A DNA stretch of 64,000 bases from assembly GCA_010356995.1 (NCBI GenBank), contig ML996708.1, forward strand, positions 62,001 to 126,000, given 5' to 3'. The stretch comes from Trichodelitschia bisporula (taxonomy: Eukaryota). The translations under genes and the position numbers were made by a program. Below, piece by piece: positions 22,554-36,365 of this stretch (position 1 is its first letter; every line of letters starts with the position of its first letter). A model generated the notes under the pieces. That model did not search any database and was not told the origin of the DNA. It worked only from the letters and a program-made list of their open reading frames with translations.

Positions 22554-23367
22554 CTAATACCCGCCCCTGACTGGAAAGGGGGGTTAGCTGCGGAACGAAA
22601 AGCTTAGGTGGAGTTATTTTCATGTACATACTGGTCATCAATAGTTGATTCCGCTGACAGAGCGCCGTTCGTGCCGGGCAGTGCTCGTCGAACTTGTCCG
22701 TCCAGGCTTCGACAATCCGGATCGCGTGATGTTTCCTAACCTCGTTTTCGAGACCTTGGATTTGGTCTTCCGGGAAGGTCTTGAACACCCTCTTAGCGAC
22801 TTCCAACTTATTCCGATAAATCTCGTCGAATTTGTCCGTGAAATTTTTCATGACATCATCCGTCAGGACTTCTAACACGTCCCTCCTGAGACCTGCCGCT
22901 AGCATATCGGTAAGGTCTTTGATGCCCTTATTTACGACGCTGTTGATGATCTTATCCCTGAGATTTTTTTGGCGCGTACTCCAGTGATAGAGGAGCTCGT
23001 CAATGAACTCGTCGGACATTTGTCCCAAGGCATCCGCTGGCGCTTCCATGAGGACCTCGAGCATCGCATTTTTAGCCTCCTCGTACTTAGTTCGAAAATC
23101 GTCGTCCAGCTCGTCCATGAACCTTTCCATGACATCATATGTCAGGACTTTCTCAACGCGTCTCCTGAGGATCGTCGCCAGCACATCGGTGACCTCTGTG
23201 ATGCGCTTGTTCACGAAGATGTTGATAATCTCATCCTTGAGCTTTTCCTTTCGAATATCCCAGAGGCATTTGACGAGCTCAATTCTGAACTTTTCAGTCT
23301 TTTGTTGAACCTGATCCGCGATATCCTTCGGCGTGCCATCGGGCCCGGGCAAAGGCGGTTCAGCCAT
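22554..23367 (-). CDS. Hypothetical helical protein with an internal domain duplication
   Basis: ATG 23367 and a long ORF. Probable terminal intron 22571-22631 (GTATGT...GCTAAC...CAG) gives ...LLMTIRGGY*. Confidence 0.65.
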
Positions 23368-24739
23368 GACTAGGTCTGCCACGTATACACTCCAAAACTG
23401 ACTATCTTGGCTCACTGGATGGCGTTGATTGTTGACGGCGACGAGCGAAAGGAGAAAACGAGATTGCGGGCGCAGACTAGAACTAGAGTTGTTAGCTTTG
23501 CCCAGTGGTTGTTCAGAGGGACAGACGCTGTAGTTTGATGGATTGCCGGTCACTGAAACGGCGTCTGGAGCAGTACGGAGAGGTGTGAGCGAGATTTTGA
23601 CTGTGATGGCGCATTTTGAGGAAGGGGCACTGAGCTGAGATTAAATATTCAGTTGGGACAATGCATACGTGGCTCCGAGATGTGACTGCTGAGAAAATCA
23701 AGGACCCGGTACAAGAGGGAAAAGCCGAGCGGAGATCTATAGCTAGTCTACCGTGGTACTCACTGTTTCAGGTCATTAGGCAACGAACCTTGGTTTGGCA
23801 ATGGCGTGCTGCCCCGGGGTGAGTTTACGTAGTATGGCCGGTGTGTACGCATAGCTGAGGCGTAGGACTGCAAAAAGGGTTCGAGCATCGTCTTTGACTG
23901 CATCATGCTTTGGGCATGTATGCCCGGCTCTCTGGGAACGATGAGCCGTTGGGCCTGGTGAGAGTATGGAGCTTACTGCAGGATACCGCAGTAGTAAGAC
24001 GTTCAGCAGAGATTGAACGCTTTCGGAAGTTTCCTTTGGCATTGCAAGTTTTCGTCGAAGCAACTGAGCGGTAGCAGCATGCCCACGACTGTCACCGGCA
24101 TTCGTTTGTACGATCCTGACTGGTTGCGCGTCTGTCCTGTCCGCATCGTGGCACAGAGCAAGATCAAAACGGTTAACAAGAAACAGGGGCGTAGAATTAA
24201 GATTCTGGTGTCTTCTGTTGAATGGTCAGCAGTAGAACTCTGGTATGCGGTCTGGATCGGTCCGTACTACGTAGCCCGATATCAGGTTATTGGTATCTGT
24301 CTACCAGGGAGATTCGCCGGCGACGTAACCTGTTTGGTACACGGTACGTACTGCTGTCTAGGCCTACACGTGGGAGTGGCGATTTTGGCTTCTATGCCCG
24401 ATTCCGGACACCGGACGCCGAATGTCGGACTCCCGAACGCCGATACGGTACCGCACGTGCTGGGAACCAAAGATACATGTCAACTCCGAAGCAAACCTCA
24501 CACACTCAGCCTGGTCAAGGTTGAATCAAGACGCCAGAAGATCAGCGTGCAAACAAGACCTCAGCAAAACGAGCACCAAAGGCAGCAATAGGTAAAGTCA
24601 TAAAAAAGGTCAAAGATGTTAGTTCCTATCGGCCTAAGCAATGACAAGCGCCTCCCGATACCGCCCAGAAGCCACACCGACATCAAGCTACCCAAATTCC
24701 GCACAACGAAGCTCCATGAACACCGCTCTACCACCAAGC

Positions 24740-26466
24740 CTACGACCCATGCCCCGCCGGCGGTGGCGACCGGCGCCTCCACGCCGCGCCCTTAACCTGC
24801 GTCAACACAACGGGGCCAATAAACGCCGCCACAATAACCGCCTGAAGACCAAACGTCATCGCCGGCCCGCTCGCCGCCACCCACTTCATCTGGAAGTAGA
24901 CTACACAGAAGCCGCCAATCGTGCGGAAGGTATTGATCCAGGCGCTCGCCAGGGCGGCATGCGCCGGGAACACATCCAAGATATAAGCCGAGATGGCGAC
25001 CGTGGTCCCAAGGGTTGAGAAGCAGTTAAGGGCCCAGCCGAACGCGAGCCCGACCCAGGAGAGGTGGTGCTGCAGCGTTTGCCCGAAGAGGACGAGGCCA
25101 GCCATGCCCAGGATCCAAGGGGGGTAGACGCCCCAGAGCCGGTTCTCAGGACTGTAGGTACCGCCGTGCAGACGCACATGCCGCTCGAAGAGGAAGTCGT
25201 TGAACCAGTGGCCCCAGACTTCGGCGATGAGGGTGCCGATCATGGGGGCGAAGAAGAGCATGGCGACGGCGGTGTCGGAGAAGAGGTACGGCGGGGGCTT
25301 GACGAATTGGGTCATGGTGCTGACCAGGCCGATGGTCCACATGGTGATGAAGGTTACGAAGAAGAAGGCTGGGGGGCGTTAGTGAGGTCGATGATGGGAC
25401 AGGGAACGGAACGTACTTGGTAGGAGCAGGTACGGCCGCAGCAACAGGCCGAACAGATCGCGGAACACGCGCATGACGCTCGGGCGCGTCTCGGCGTCAC
25501 GCCAGCCGGCGATGCCGGTGAGGCGGAAGATGCGTTCGACGGTCGGGTTCGGGTGGATGTGATACTTGCGGGGGCTCTCGCGCTCGTACAGCGTCTCATC
25601 GCCCACCAACAAGATCCCCAGCACCGAGAGACCGTAGAAGCCGCACAGAACGCCAAAGTTGTCACGCCACGTCAATTTCGCCGCCAGCAGGCCCGAAATA
25701 AACGGGCCCAGGTAGGGCCCGATGAGAAAGCTAAACGCCCACAGGTTAATCTTGCGCGCACGCTCGTGGAAGAAGAACATGTCGTGGATGATGCTTAGGC
25801 CGACTACTTGGGGCGGCGCGCCGAAGAAGCCCTGTAGCGTGCGGCATGCGGTGAAGCCGGAGTAGGATGAGGCTTGGGCGGCGCCGATGGTGCAGATGAG
25901 CGTGAGGAGCTGCGACCAGAAGAGCACGGGGAGGCTCGAGGGTTAGCCGATGCCGACGACGGGGGACACACGTACCGCCCGTAGCGCTGTACCAGCGGCA
26001 CGGCGAGCAGACCACCAGGGCCCTGCATGAAGATAGCGCCGCTGATGGAGTTGGCCACGGCGGGAACGGGCATCTACTTCGTCAGCTTTTGCGGGGAGCT
26101 GGCCGGCGCACGAACCTTCCAGTCCATAGCTTGCTGCTCAAAGAGCGTCGTGCCCCACGTGATGACCCAGTCAGTGAGAAAGCAGCCGGGTAATAGCGAG
26201 GCGAACACGGCGTGCTTCTTTAGCCATGACCAGTTGAGGGGGTCTTGTGGGTCGTCTGACGGTTGCGGGATGAGCACTGTCTGTCCGTCTGCCATGGTCT
26301 TGACGTTCATGGAGTGACGCGAGCGCCGCACGCTCTGCCGTTTGCTGCCGACTTCGCTGTCCAACGGTGCTTCGCGTACAACGTACACGCCGGACATGGT
26401 GTCGAATTCATCAGGGCCCTCGTAGACGGGGTCTATCAAGGGTTCGTGCTTGGTTGTAGAAGACAT
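24740..26466 (-). CDS. MFS transporter (DHA1/HOL1-like)
   Basis: Multi-exon gene. Motifs LIPQPSDDPQDPLNWSWLKK, VQRYGR, IHDMFFFHERA, IGPYLGPFISG and PENRLWG. Confidence 0.9.
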
Positions 26467-28738
26467 AGCGGAGACAATAGGGGGAAGTAAATGCCGTGCA
26501 GGCTACAAGAAACGAATAATCTGTAAGATGCGATACAAGAGCGGTAAGATGCGAAGGAATGCGAAGAAATGGGGAACTTAGGGTCCTGAGGGAGAAGGGA
26601 GCTTTATCGAGGGCAGAGGTGGGGAGTGGAGACGGTGGATGGAGACGGAGGAGAGCAGAACTGAGGGTACTTTTGACGTAAGGCCCACGTCCGAGGACCA
26701 AACAAAGCTCCCTCGGGAGTTCCTACCACAGTACCTCGCAGCGTAGGGACGTTGGAGTGCAAGCTGTGGAATGTGCGATTGGAGCACTTGCTGAACAGGG
26801 CAAGCTCTCACCATGCCTCTAGATAGCTAAGACCGCAGGAGTGGGGCCGAACAGAGCGTCACCGTTCCAGCCGGCGACATCACTTCGGAAGATGTTGAGC
26901 AGACCCTGCCGATACTGGGCCAGACTGTCGGCGTACAGCTTGTCCTTCAGGCCGCCGATATACCGCGTCTGGTAGGGATGCAGGCGCACAAGAAGCCGAT
27001 GAAACGATACCATACACAGAAAGGTCGCTCAGGCGCCCTGCGCTTCCCGTTTCGTACCGCTCGAGGTGATTGGCGGGTACACCAGATGCGCCTTCAGCTG
27101 TGGTGTTTGTATCCTGCCACGAGAACAAAGGCTCCGACGTGCAGGTTGTGATACCTGCGTCAAGGCTGAAGCTAGTGGCCGACGAGCACCCGGCGTCCCA
27201 TCACCACTCAGGTTGGATTCCAGACCGCGCGTCGTCTAATCGGATGCGAGACATTTCTGGAGTATTTTTGAGAGTCGATCCGCAGGGTCCAGGCCGCCCG
27301 TTGGAGGCCCAGACGGCCAACGGCATCGATGGCTCATGGACGCCGCATTCAGCCTGACGTTTTCTGTCCGATTGGGACATGGCGCTAATCCTTGTATCAG
27401 CTGGCTAGGGTCGGGGTATATTCCAACGACAGCGAAGAGTAGCGGTGCATCTCGCTGCACCATCTTGCTTGCTTATTGTCGGGGGTTTGCTTGCAACAAC
27501 GTCGTCTGTGACCTTCGCGGAAGCTCACAACCAATCGATAAGTTCACAAAGCTTGCGGTTTTGAATAAAAAGCGAGTTCTTTGCTGACTCTTAGCAGAAT
27601 CGAGCAAATGTACGAACGTCCGGTGGTATGATTTGCCTCAGGCGAAGATGCTTTCCCATTAATGACGAAGTTGGCATGAGTTATCTGACTGCCCGCCTTC
27701 CTCCTTCGCCTCGGACGCGTGATGAGCACACATCAGTCGATGCGGAACTGCTGAAAGCCTGACCTCTGTCAACTCAACCGGACGATCCAGGGCTTGAAGC
27801 AAGCTGGCTTGGCCTGGTATACCCAAGTGTCGAAGGTACTCTCGAGTAGCGGCTTTTAGAACTAGCAGCTCCGCATCAACTGATCCGTTCTCGTCACGCG
27901 TTCGAGGCAAAGGAGAGAGGACATCAGTCCGACAACTCATCCTAACTTCGTCATTGACAGGTTATGACTCCGGGCCCATGAATTGTCGATGACCGAGCGG
28001 TCAAGCTTTTCTCTCAAGTTCCACCACCAAAGGGATGCCTGTCGCTCGGGAAACATCGTCGCCGCAGCATCCTCTCCGATTACGCGAGGACGGGTCGCGC
28101 GGCAAGATCTCGATCGCCGCATTCGGGGCCCTAAGAGCCGAGATGCACCGCATCGACGGTTTCAATGAACGGTACTTGCGTCTCACGGTACTGTCTTTTC
28201 CGCGCGGGCAAGTTAATATCAGTTTAGGGTTCGGCAGGGTGGGATGCTAGCTGGGTTCAGGTTTGGGAAGCGCGGGAGGAAGGGGTCTTTGGAGGGTAGG
28301 GAGTTGGCCTTGGGGCAACAGGGCGTTGGATGTGTTAAACCTCTGTGTTTTGCAAGCTCTGACGATTCTGGATTACGGTCAGTCTTACTTCGTTTCTTCA
28401 GAGGCCGTCCCTACCGACGACTGGCACTCACAGCAGCCCGCACGAGAGCAGTCGTCAGCCACACGTCAGCATGGATTGTGACTAGTCAGCCTACGCTCGT
28501 ATGTACGCAACCAACGCCCTCTGCCTTTACATACCGTGTTATCCGACCGTGCCTAGCTGACCACATATGCCATCCCACCCATCATTATCCAGCCGAAATG
28601 CGATCCTGATATACGATCCCGCAATGCAAACGCCGCCCGCCATCCAGCCGATCCGATTATGCCGCCCAATGCCCGGGTAATCCTTCAACGCCCGCAATGC
28701 CGAAAACACATAAACCAGCCCAACGCCCCCACGAAAGC

Positions 28739-29717
28739 TCAACAACACCCCTTCCGCACCGGCCTCTCCGCCTCCTCCTCGCTCACCCTCGCCGTCGTAC
28801 CCCCAGAGAAACCCCCAAGTCCGAGCCAACTCCTCCTCCGATCCCCCGGCCCAAGCCGAAAACTGCCCGTATTCCCCGCCGACGCAGGATCGTACTCGCC
28901 GAAAAACGAGCTCCGGTCGTCAAGTCCCGGTGTACGCCCGCCCAGATCGGCAGCGAGGCGGGCTTCGAGGGCAGCGCGCGCGTTGCGCTGGTCCACAAGG
29001 CGGCGCGTGATGACGCGGAAGACCTCTTCGACACCTTCGCCCGTCGAGGCGCTGATCTCGTGGCAGCAGTCCCAGCCCAGGTCTTGGCCCCAGAAGCCCA
29101 TGCTGCTGCGGTTGGAGCTGGGCGAGGCGAGGGGTTGGTTGTGGGAGGGTGGGGGTTGGGTGAAGGGGTTTGTGAGGAGGGGGGAGGGCGAGGTTGCGCT
29201 TGCGCTGCTCAGCGCGGCGGGGTGCAGGTTTTCGGCGACGTAGGCGATGCATTGTTCGAATGTGACTTTGCGCGACGAGGGGTCGGCGGCGACGATGTCG
29301 CTCTTTGTGCCGACGACGTGTAGGATGGTGTCCGAGGGGAGATTCTTCCTTAGCTCGTGCAGCCAGTGACCCATTTCGACAAACGACGGCTCGGATGTGA
29401 TGTCGTAGCAAAGCAGCGCAGCATTGGCGCCTGGGATCGTCAGTCGCACAGCGCCGTGCCGGGAGCCCTGGTCACTCACCTCGATAGTACAACTTGCTGA
29501 TACTGCGGAAGCGTTCCTGGCCCGCTGTATCCCAGATCTGCAGGCGCACGACCGTCGCACTGTCGATGTCTACGACGCGCTTGGTCACGAAGGACGCGCC
29601 GATGGTGCTGTGCAGTGAGGCCGCGAAGGAGTTCTTTACGAACCGCGTCACGAGCGATGTTTTCCCCACGCCTTGGGCGCCGAGCACCACGATCTTGGCC
29701 TCTAGATCGAGACTCAT
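28739..29717 (-). CDS. Rab-family small GTPase (Rab5/21/22-like) with extended insertions
   Basis: Motifs [28 protein letters not shown]^A, GTKSD, EISA and C-terminal CC prenylation motif. Intron 29431-29479. Confidence 0.92.
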
Positions 29718-30186
29718 GGTGGGCGAGGGAGGGAAATGATATGGAGGAGACGGGGCGTGCGCGTGTTTTATGGGTGCGCTGCGGAGGCTGACCGGCGGAA
29801 GCCAGTGGCGAGGCGCCTGTTGCACGGGGACAAAGTGACTACTTTGCAAGCTTTATTTGAAGCCTGCGAGTATGCGCGGTTCGAGGGCCAGTGATAAATC
29901 ACGAGGGTAAATCGTGCGGCGCTGTTCCTGAATTGATGTGAACGTGCTGTGAGGCTGTCGCGGCACAGACGGTGAGAGGTTGCGTTCGAGGTCGAGGATT
30001 GCAGTTGGTGGAGCGGGCACAGATGCAGATGCTTGGGGGCATTGGAGCACGCGCCTCAATCACATGTGAGACATTGCAGCTTGTGATGCCTGGGGTGGAC
30101 CATGCATGGATGCCTTACGGATATTCTGATCCTCACATCTTCTCGAATTCATCTCAGCGCAACGTCAGAGGCACAAAAACGAGTAT

Positions 30187-31723
30187 CTACAAGAACCACC
30201 GAAACTCGGGTACCTTCGGTCCGTCCCTCAACATTTCAGTTGGAATATCGCGAACCGCAATCTTGCGTCCCTGGACCCGATCCCGCCGCTTGTTGTCAAA
30301 CATCATATACGTCCCCAGCAGCAGCGTCAAGCAGAAGCCCGTCGCTCCAAATGCCGCCGTTGTCGCCAGAGCCGGAATGTACTTCGGCGCGTCTTGGTTG
30401 CGGAATATGTTGGACGACACTACGCCCATCAAGTTCGCCAGCGGCACCGCCAGCGACGTCAGAATCAACCGTCTGCCCTCGTGCGCGGTGTTGTTGTTGT
30501 ACCACACGTCCAGCAGCACCGACGGCGCCGATGTGCCCCCTAGCTTGTCAGTAACCCCACTGTTTGCATGGAGCGGGTAACATACAGGTCATCATGAAGG
30601 AGGCAAAGTATGCCACATGCAGCTGGTGCTCGACATCAATCCCGACGTAAATGATCATCCCAATAAATGTAAACAGGAAGCCCGCCGCGATGAACGGGAA
30701 CCGCCACCGCGTGTAATCCGACGCAAAAGCAAGCACCAGCAACATTATCGCGCCACTCACATTCGGCGCCACGGTGTACAGATTCGTCTTGACAGTGTTG
30801 TACCCCAGCCGGCCGATAATCTGCGGCAGGAACAGCTGCACCGCCTGCAGCGGCACGCCGAGGCAGATCTGGATCGCCAAAATGCACCACGAGGTCGGGT
30901 GCTTGAGAATAACGAGCGACTCGCGGATGTTGAGCTTCTCGTTGACCTTGGACGAGGAGTCGAGGAGCATGCGCTCGTACGCGAGCTTCCTCTCCTCGGC
31001 GTTGAAGAACTTCGCTTCCGACGACGACCGCGGCAGGTACCAGAAGGCGAAGCAGGCGAAGAGCACAGTCCCAGTACCCTCGATTAGGAACAGGTACCGC
31101 CAGTGTTCCAGGATGCCGCCTTTGATCTGGAACACGCCGAACGAGAGCAGCCCTGAGAAAGCCGACGCGATCGACTGCGCGGCGTAGAAGATAGCCAGGC
31201 GCCGCGCCAGCTCGCCGCGGCGGTAGAAAGTCGTCTGGTAGTAAATGACGAGTGGGAAGAAGGCACTCTCGCTCATGCCCAGAAACCAGCGTATCGCCAT
31301 CAAGCCGCTGAAGTTCTTAACCGCCGCGACGCACAGCGTGCAAGTCCCAAACGTGAGCATCATAAGCGGCAACACGCGATTCGGCCCATACTTCTTGCCC
31401 AAAATACCGAGAAACGGCGCCGTGAGCACGTACGGCACGAAGAAGATGGACAGGATGAGGTTGTACTTGTTTGTGCCCGCCATGCCGAGCGACTTCTCCA
31501 GCCCCGCTGTCTTCGCGTTGCCTAGGTTGGATTTATCGAGCGAGTTGAAGAGGTACATGACGGCCAGGACGGGTAGGATCCGGAGGTCGATTTTCCACAC
31601 AAGCGCGCGCTCGGCGACCGGGTCGATTGTGTAGGTTGAGACAGTTTCGCCGATGTGCTTGTCCGAGCTGCCGTCTGAGACGTGCGTCTCCACGGGCTCC
31701 GTCTTCTCAAATTCCTTGTCCAT
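30187..31723 (-). CDS. MFS transporter, anion:cation symporter (allantoate/nicotinate permease, Dal5/Tna1-like) family
   Basis: Motifs KIDLRILP, LDKSNLGNAKTAG, TFYRRGELARR, WRYLFLIEG and C-terminal FRWFL. Intron 30540-30585. Confidence 0.92.
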
Positions 31724-33757
31724 GGCGGCTGACGTCGCGTATAATTGCTGGGAGGAGGAGTAGAAGCAATGTGAAGCTGCGAGGCTGCGAAACAGCGCAG
31801 CCTTGCTCTTTAAAGCGCACAATGACGTCCACGGCCCATAATCTCCAAGCTACGATCGTCACTCGCCCTACGTAAAGCATCGTGATAACGATTCTCCCCC
31901 GCAACGGAGCTATCAGCGCCCCCGCACCAACCAACCACACCCTCGGGGACTATCCAGATTTTCACCACCGATCCGATAAGAGTTAGAGGCATACATCCCT
32001 CCCCCGCGTTCGCCGTAGTGCCATGCAGCACAATCGCATCATGCGAAAGAGCCAATAACAACCCGCCTTTTGCGCGGCCTTACAATGTTCCGCACGTCTA
32101 TCCCGACCTCCACACCTTGTCCATGCATGCTTCCCGCTCTTCTTAACGTTACCGGGCGCTAGGGCGCTGCGGGATGCTCGATGCAGCGCCGAGGCCTGCT
32201 GGTGTCGGTACTATGCCGTGCGACGATAACTTTGGCGAAGATGGTAAACACGCAGGAGGTTCTGGTTGGTTGCACAGATATTTCCTAGATTCGTCCTAGA
32301 TATGTGGTTTCCGTGCTTCTGTCAAAAGAATGACAGAATGAATGGTTTTTTGCGAGACCAGGCTGTTGCTGCAAATGCCGTGGCCTTGCCGGAATCGGAG
32401 CTCAACGTTCTTCCTAAGGATGGGAACTATCGCAACTCGCTAGTTAGAAGATAGCAACTGCTAATCTATATATCGTGAAGAGATGAACTGCTTGTACCTC
32501 ACCAACACCCAAATGTCCTCTTACATTTTGATGCGTTCTTACATCTCTATGTTGGACAAGCCAAGCGCAGATCTTCACAGTGTACACCGTCTTTCACTCT
32601 TCCATTCATTCGGTATCAACTGCCCCGCCCATTGACTGACAAGCCTTTCCATTCCGTGCCGCGTTACCGTTAGCTTATACGGTACAAGAAGGTTCCACTT
32701 GCCACGCGAATGCAGGAGTAAGCTGTTAGCACTTCCTGTGGGGCGCTTTGAGATACCATCCCGCGCACGTTGTGTTCCAGGCTCGGAGTATACAATACCA
32801 ATTTTATTGATAACGCGATGCATCATATCGAATCCGTGAATATGTTTTGCTGCAATTCGACGAAAGTAGCAGTACAAACTATTCCTAGGTGCCGTGACGT
32901 GTCTGAAGCAATTGAGGGCGCATACCATGTTAGCAAAGTACTCCCTGTCCAAATCGGCGAGCATGATACAGCACAAGGCCGTCGTACACTGCATGTCAAG
33001 TGCCACTCGTCATTGCTGACGGTTTCTTTTTTGCAATTTTCTCAAACCGTCTCTATTTAGACCCGACGGGAACAAGGGTGACGCTTAACTAATCTTTGGC
33101 GTCAAGAACTAGCTTCGAGAGATACCGCTTGCAGCACATCCTCGTATGACGGCCCGAATCCGCCAAAAAGTCGGCGTCTCGGGACGAGGCTGATATCTAG
33201 GCGGAAAATGGTTCCCCGTCGCCTACCGAACGTCCTTGAAGATTTCAACTGTTCGGATTATTGACACAGCAAGCAGGATATCAACGCTTTTATACCCGGC
33301 TTGTGCGTATTACCGGCTGATGGCAGCATGCTGTCGTCCAGGAAGGTAGACAGGCTGCCGGGCTGCCCTACATACACAGTCGCCGTTTCGATAGAAGCAG
33401 GCTTCAAAAGACACAGCAGAGTCAACGCAAGTGTTTTTGATATTGGACAACGGATAGAGGTCTCGATGAAAAAATTCGTGATTTGAGGGGCAAAACTTGG
33501 CATTGCGGTTCCCTCAGACCCCAGACCCCGGACCGAGACCCCAGCCTCCCACTCGGCCTCTCTCGTCATCACACAGGCCCATCGGCCTGCTCCCCTCGGC
33601 CTGAACTTCCGTTGCCCCAGCTTCCTTCACCCGTTATCCGCAAGCGCAGTATGTGTCCAATCCCGTAGTCTCGAATGTCATCGTCTCAGCATCCCCATCT
33701 TCCCACTTCGTGACAATAATCCCCGTCCATTCCCAGTTCTCTCAAGTCTCACCCATC

Positions 33758-35381
33758 ATGTCTCCCAAGCTCACTGGCGCCGATGTAGCGCAGCACAGCT
33801 CCGCAGACTCGTGCTGGGTTATTGTTCACGGCCGCGCTTATGATGTTACCGAGTTCTTGCCTGAGCATCCGGGTGGTTCCAAGATTATCCTAAAGTATGC
33901 GGGCAAGGATGCGACGGAGGAGTTCGATCCCATTCACCCGCGCGATACCCTCGACAAGTACCTCGACCGCTCGAAGCACCTCGGCGAGGTGGATATGCAG
34001 ACGGTGAAGGTGGAAGCAAAGGATGAAGACCCCGAGGAGGCGGCGCGGTTGGAGCGCATCGAGCGCATGCCGCCGCTGGAGCAATGCTACAATCTCATGG
34101 ACTTTGAGGCGGTGGCAAGGAACGTGATGAAGAAGACGGCGTGGGCGTATTATTCGTCGGGTGCGGACGATGAGATTGTAGGTTTTGCCTTAATGCTGTA
34201 AGGCGTTGCTGACCGAACAGACTATGCGCGAGAACCACTCGGCTTTCCACAAGGTGTGGTTCCGGCCGCGTGTGCTCGTTGATGTCGAGAAGGTCGATAT
34301 GTCCACCACGATGCTCGGCACTAAGGTCGATATCCCGTTCTACGTCACCGCCACTGCGCTCGGCAAGCTGGGTCATGCTGAGGGCGAGGTGTGCCTCACG
34401 AAGGGCGCGCGCAAACACAATGTCATTCAGATGATTCCCACCCTGGCATCGTGCTCGTTTGACGAGATCATGGATGCAGCAGAGCCAGGACAGGTGCAAT
34501 GGCTGCAGCTCTACGTACGTTCCGGCGAATCGACACATGGACACGGGCTAACGGCTTAGGTCAACAAAAACCGCGAAATCACCAAGAAAATAGTCGAGCA
34601 CGCCGAGGCGCGTGGCTGCAAGGGCCTCTTCATCACCGTCGACGCGCCGCAACTCGGCCGCCGTGAAAAGGACATGCGCTCCAAATTCAGCGACACGGGC
34701 TCCAATGTGCAGGCGCAGTCGGGCGACAACGTGGATCGCAGCCAGGGCGCTGCGCGCGCCATTTCGTCCTTCATCGACCCGGGCCTCAGTTGGAAGGACA
34801 TTCCCTGGTTCCTGTCCATTACCAAGATGCCGATTATCCTCAAGGGTGTGCAGCGCGTTGAGGACGTGCTCCGCGCCATTGAGGTGGGTGTTCATGGCGT
34901 GGTGCTTAGCAACCACGGCGGGCGGCAGCTGGATACCGCGCGCTCGGGGATTGAGGTGCTGGCTGAGGTTATGCCCGTGCTGCGGCAGCAGGGGCTGGAG
35001 ACTGCGATCGAGATCTATATTGACGGGGGCGTGCGGCGCGCGACTGATATTCTCAAGGCGCTGTGCCTGGGGGCCAAGGGCGTGGGCATCGGGCGGCCGT
35101 TTTTGTTCGCGATGAGCGCGTATGGGCTTGCCGGTGTCGACCGTGCGATGGCTCTGCTTAAGGAGGAGATGGAGATGAATATGCGGCTCATTGGCGCGGC
35201 GAGTATTGCGGATTTGAATCCGGGCCTGGTGGATGCGCGCGGTTTGATGGGTGGACACGTGCAGACTGTGCCGGTGGATACGCTGGGGCTCAGTGCGTAT
35301 GATGCGTTGAGCGGGCCGCGCGAGCAGGCGCGACATGCGGCGGCGGAGAAGGGGGGTATGGGGCCGAAGGCGAAGCTGTAG
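33758..35381 (+). CDS. CYB2: Flavocytochrome b2 / L-lactate dehydrogenase-like (cytochrome b5 + FMN-dependent alpha-hydroxy acid dehydrogenase), C-terminal -AKL
   Basis: Heme-binding HPGG motif, plus YYSSGADDE, LSNHGGRQLD and DGGVRRATD. Introns 34178-34220 and 34515-34559. Confidence 0.93.
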
Positions 35382-36365
35382 TGTGTCTGTATATCACTGT
35401 TGGTCGGAGGGTGTCGTAGTATGTTGGATACATGCAGCGTTTTGCGCGAGTTTCTGATCGCCACCCGCATTCTGCAGCGCTTCTGGAACTCTTCCACGTC
35501 TCACGGATTGGGCAGTTTGGGCAGTTGGTAGTCCATTGCAGTGAAGCGCGTTTAATATCTGCCTCAATCTAATGGATTCCCCGCGAACCACCTATCCGAA
35601 TCAGGACAGTGATGACCGTGGCACTGGCTTTGTTGTTTGGCCCGTTTGACGGGAGTTGCCTGAGGCGACAAATAGCATCATGGTGTGACCGGCCCGGGCA
35701 GTGGGCGAAGCAACAACTTCCCGCCCCAAACTCGCCCCCCCCTCCATCCAAGGCCAGCCAGCGAGCCGGTGAGAGAGTGCGAGAGTGCGACAGCGTGCAG
35801 CGACAGCGAAGCCACCGGATCTTCCATTCCCCAACGGCGTCTAGCAAATCTCCAGCAAACCTCCTCCGCCAACTTTCCCGGTATCTTCAATCGTGTCACT
35901 TGCCATCTTCCTTCCACTCTGGACTTCTCCAGCTATCTGAGACACCTCACTAAGTGACCACACCTCCTTCACTCCCACACACACACAGACCAGACCCCAC
36001 ATCCCACACACCCCAGGCGCCGGCGATCCTAGATGGAGGCTGTGAATGCCGTTGTCCTTAGCACACCTGCTCTGCATCAAGTGTCCGTGTGACACGCGCT
36101 CGCCTACTCCAACCAGCGATAGCAGTATTATCGCAACAGTTATCGACGCTACCCCGCTGAGCTATCTTCCTATCCGCCCTGCGAGTCTCGGTCTCAAAGC
36201 TCGAGAAGAGGCCTAGAGTTCCGTCCACCATTCACACCCAATATACACTCACTCTCTCCACGCGAAAACGTACCGTTGCAGCATCATTGCCCGCCCAACC
36301 CAACCCCTCGCCACACCACAACCGCACACCTCAACCACCGGTAGCGCACCACTACTACACACACA

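Noticed and set aside
32575..33006. 143-aa ORF in a lower-GC segment
   Set aside because: No homology recognisable and atypical codon usage. It cannot be supported without expression data.
20145..35381. Possible secondary-metabolite cluster (methyltransferase, MFS transporters, oxidoreductase)
   Set aside because: No PKS, NRPS or terpene synthase backbone, and the genes are interspersed with housekeeping genes. FAS1 is distant and looks like the primary-metabolism copy.
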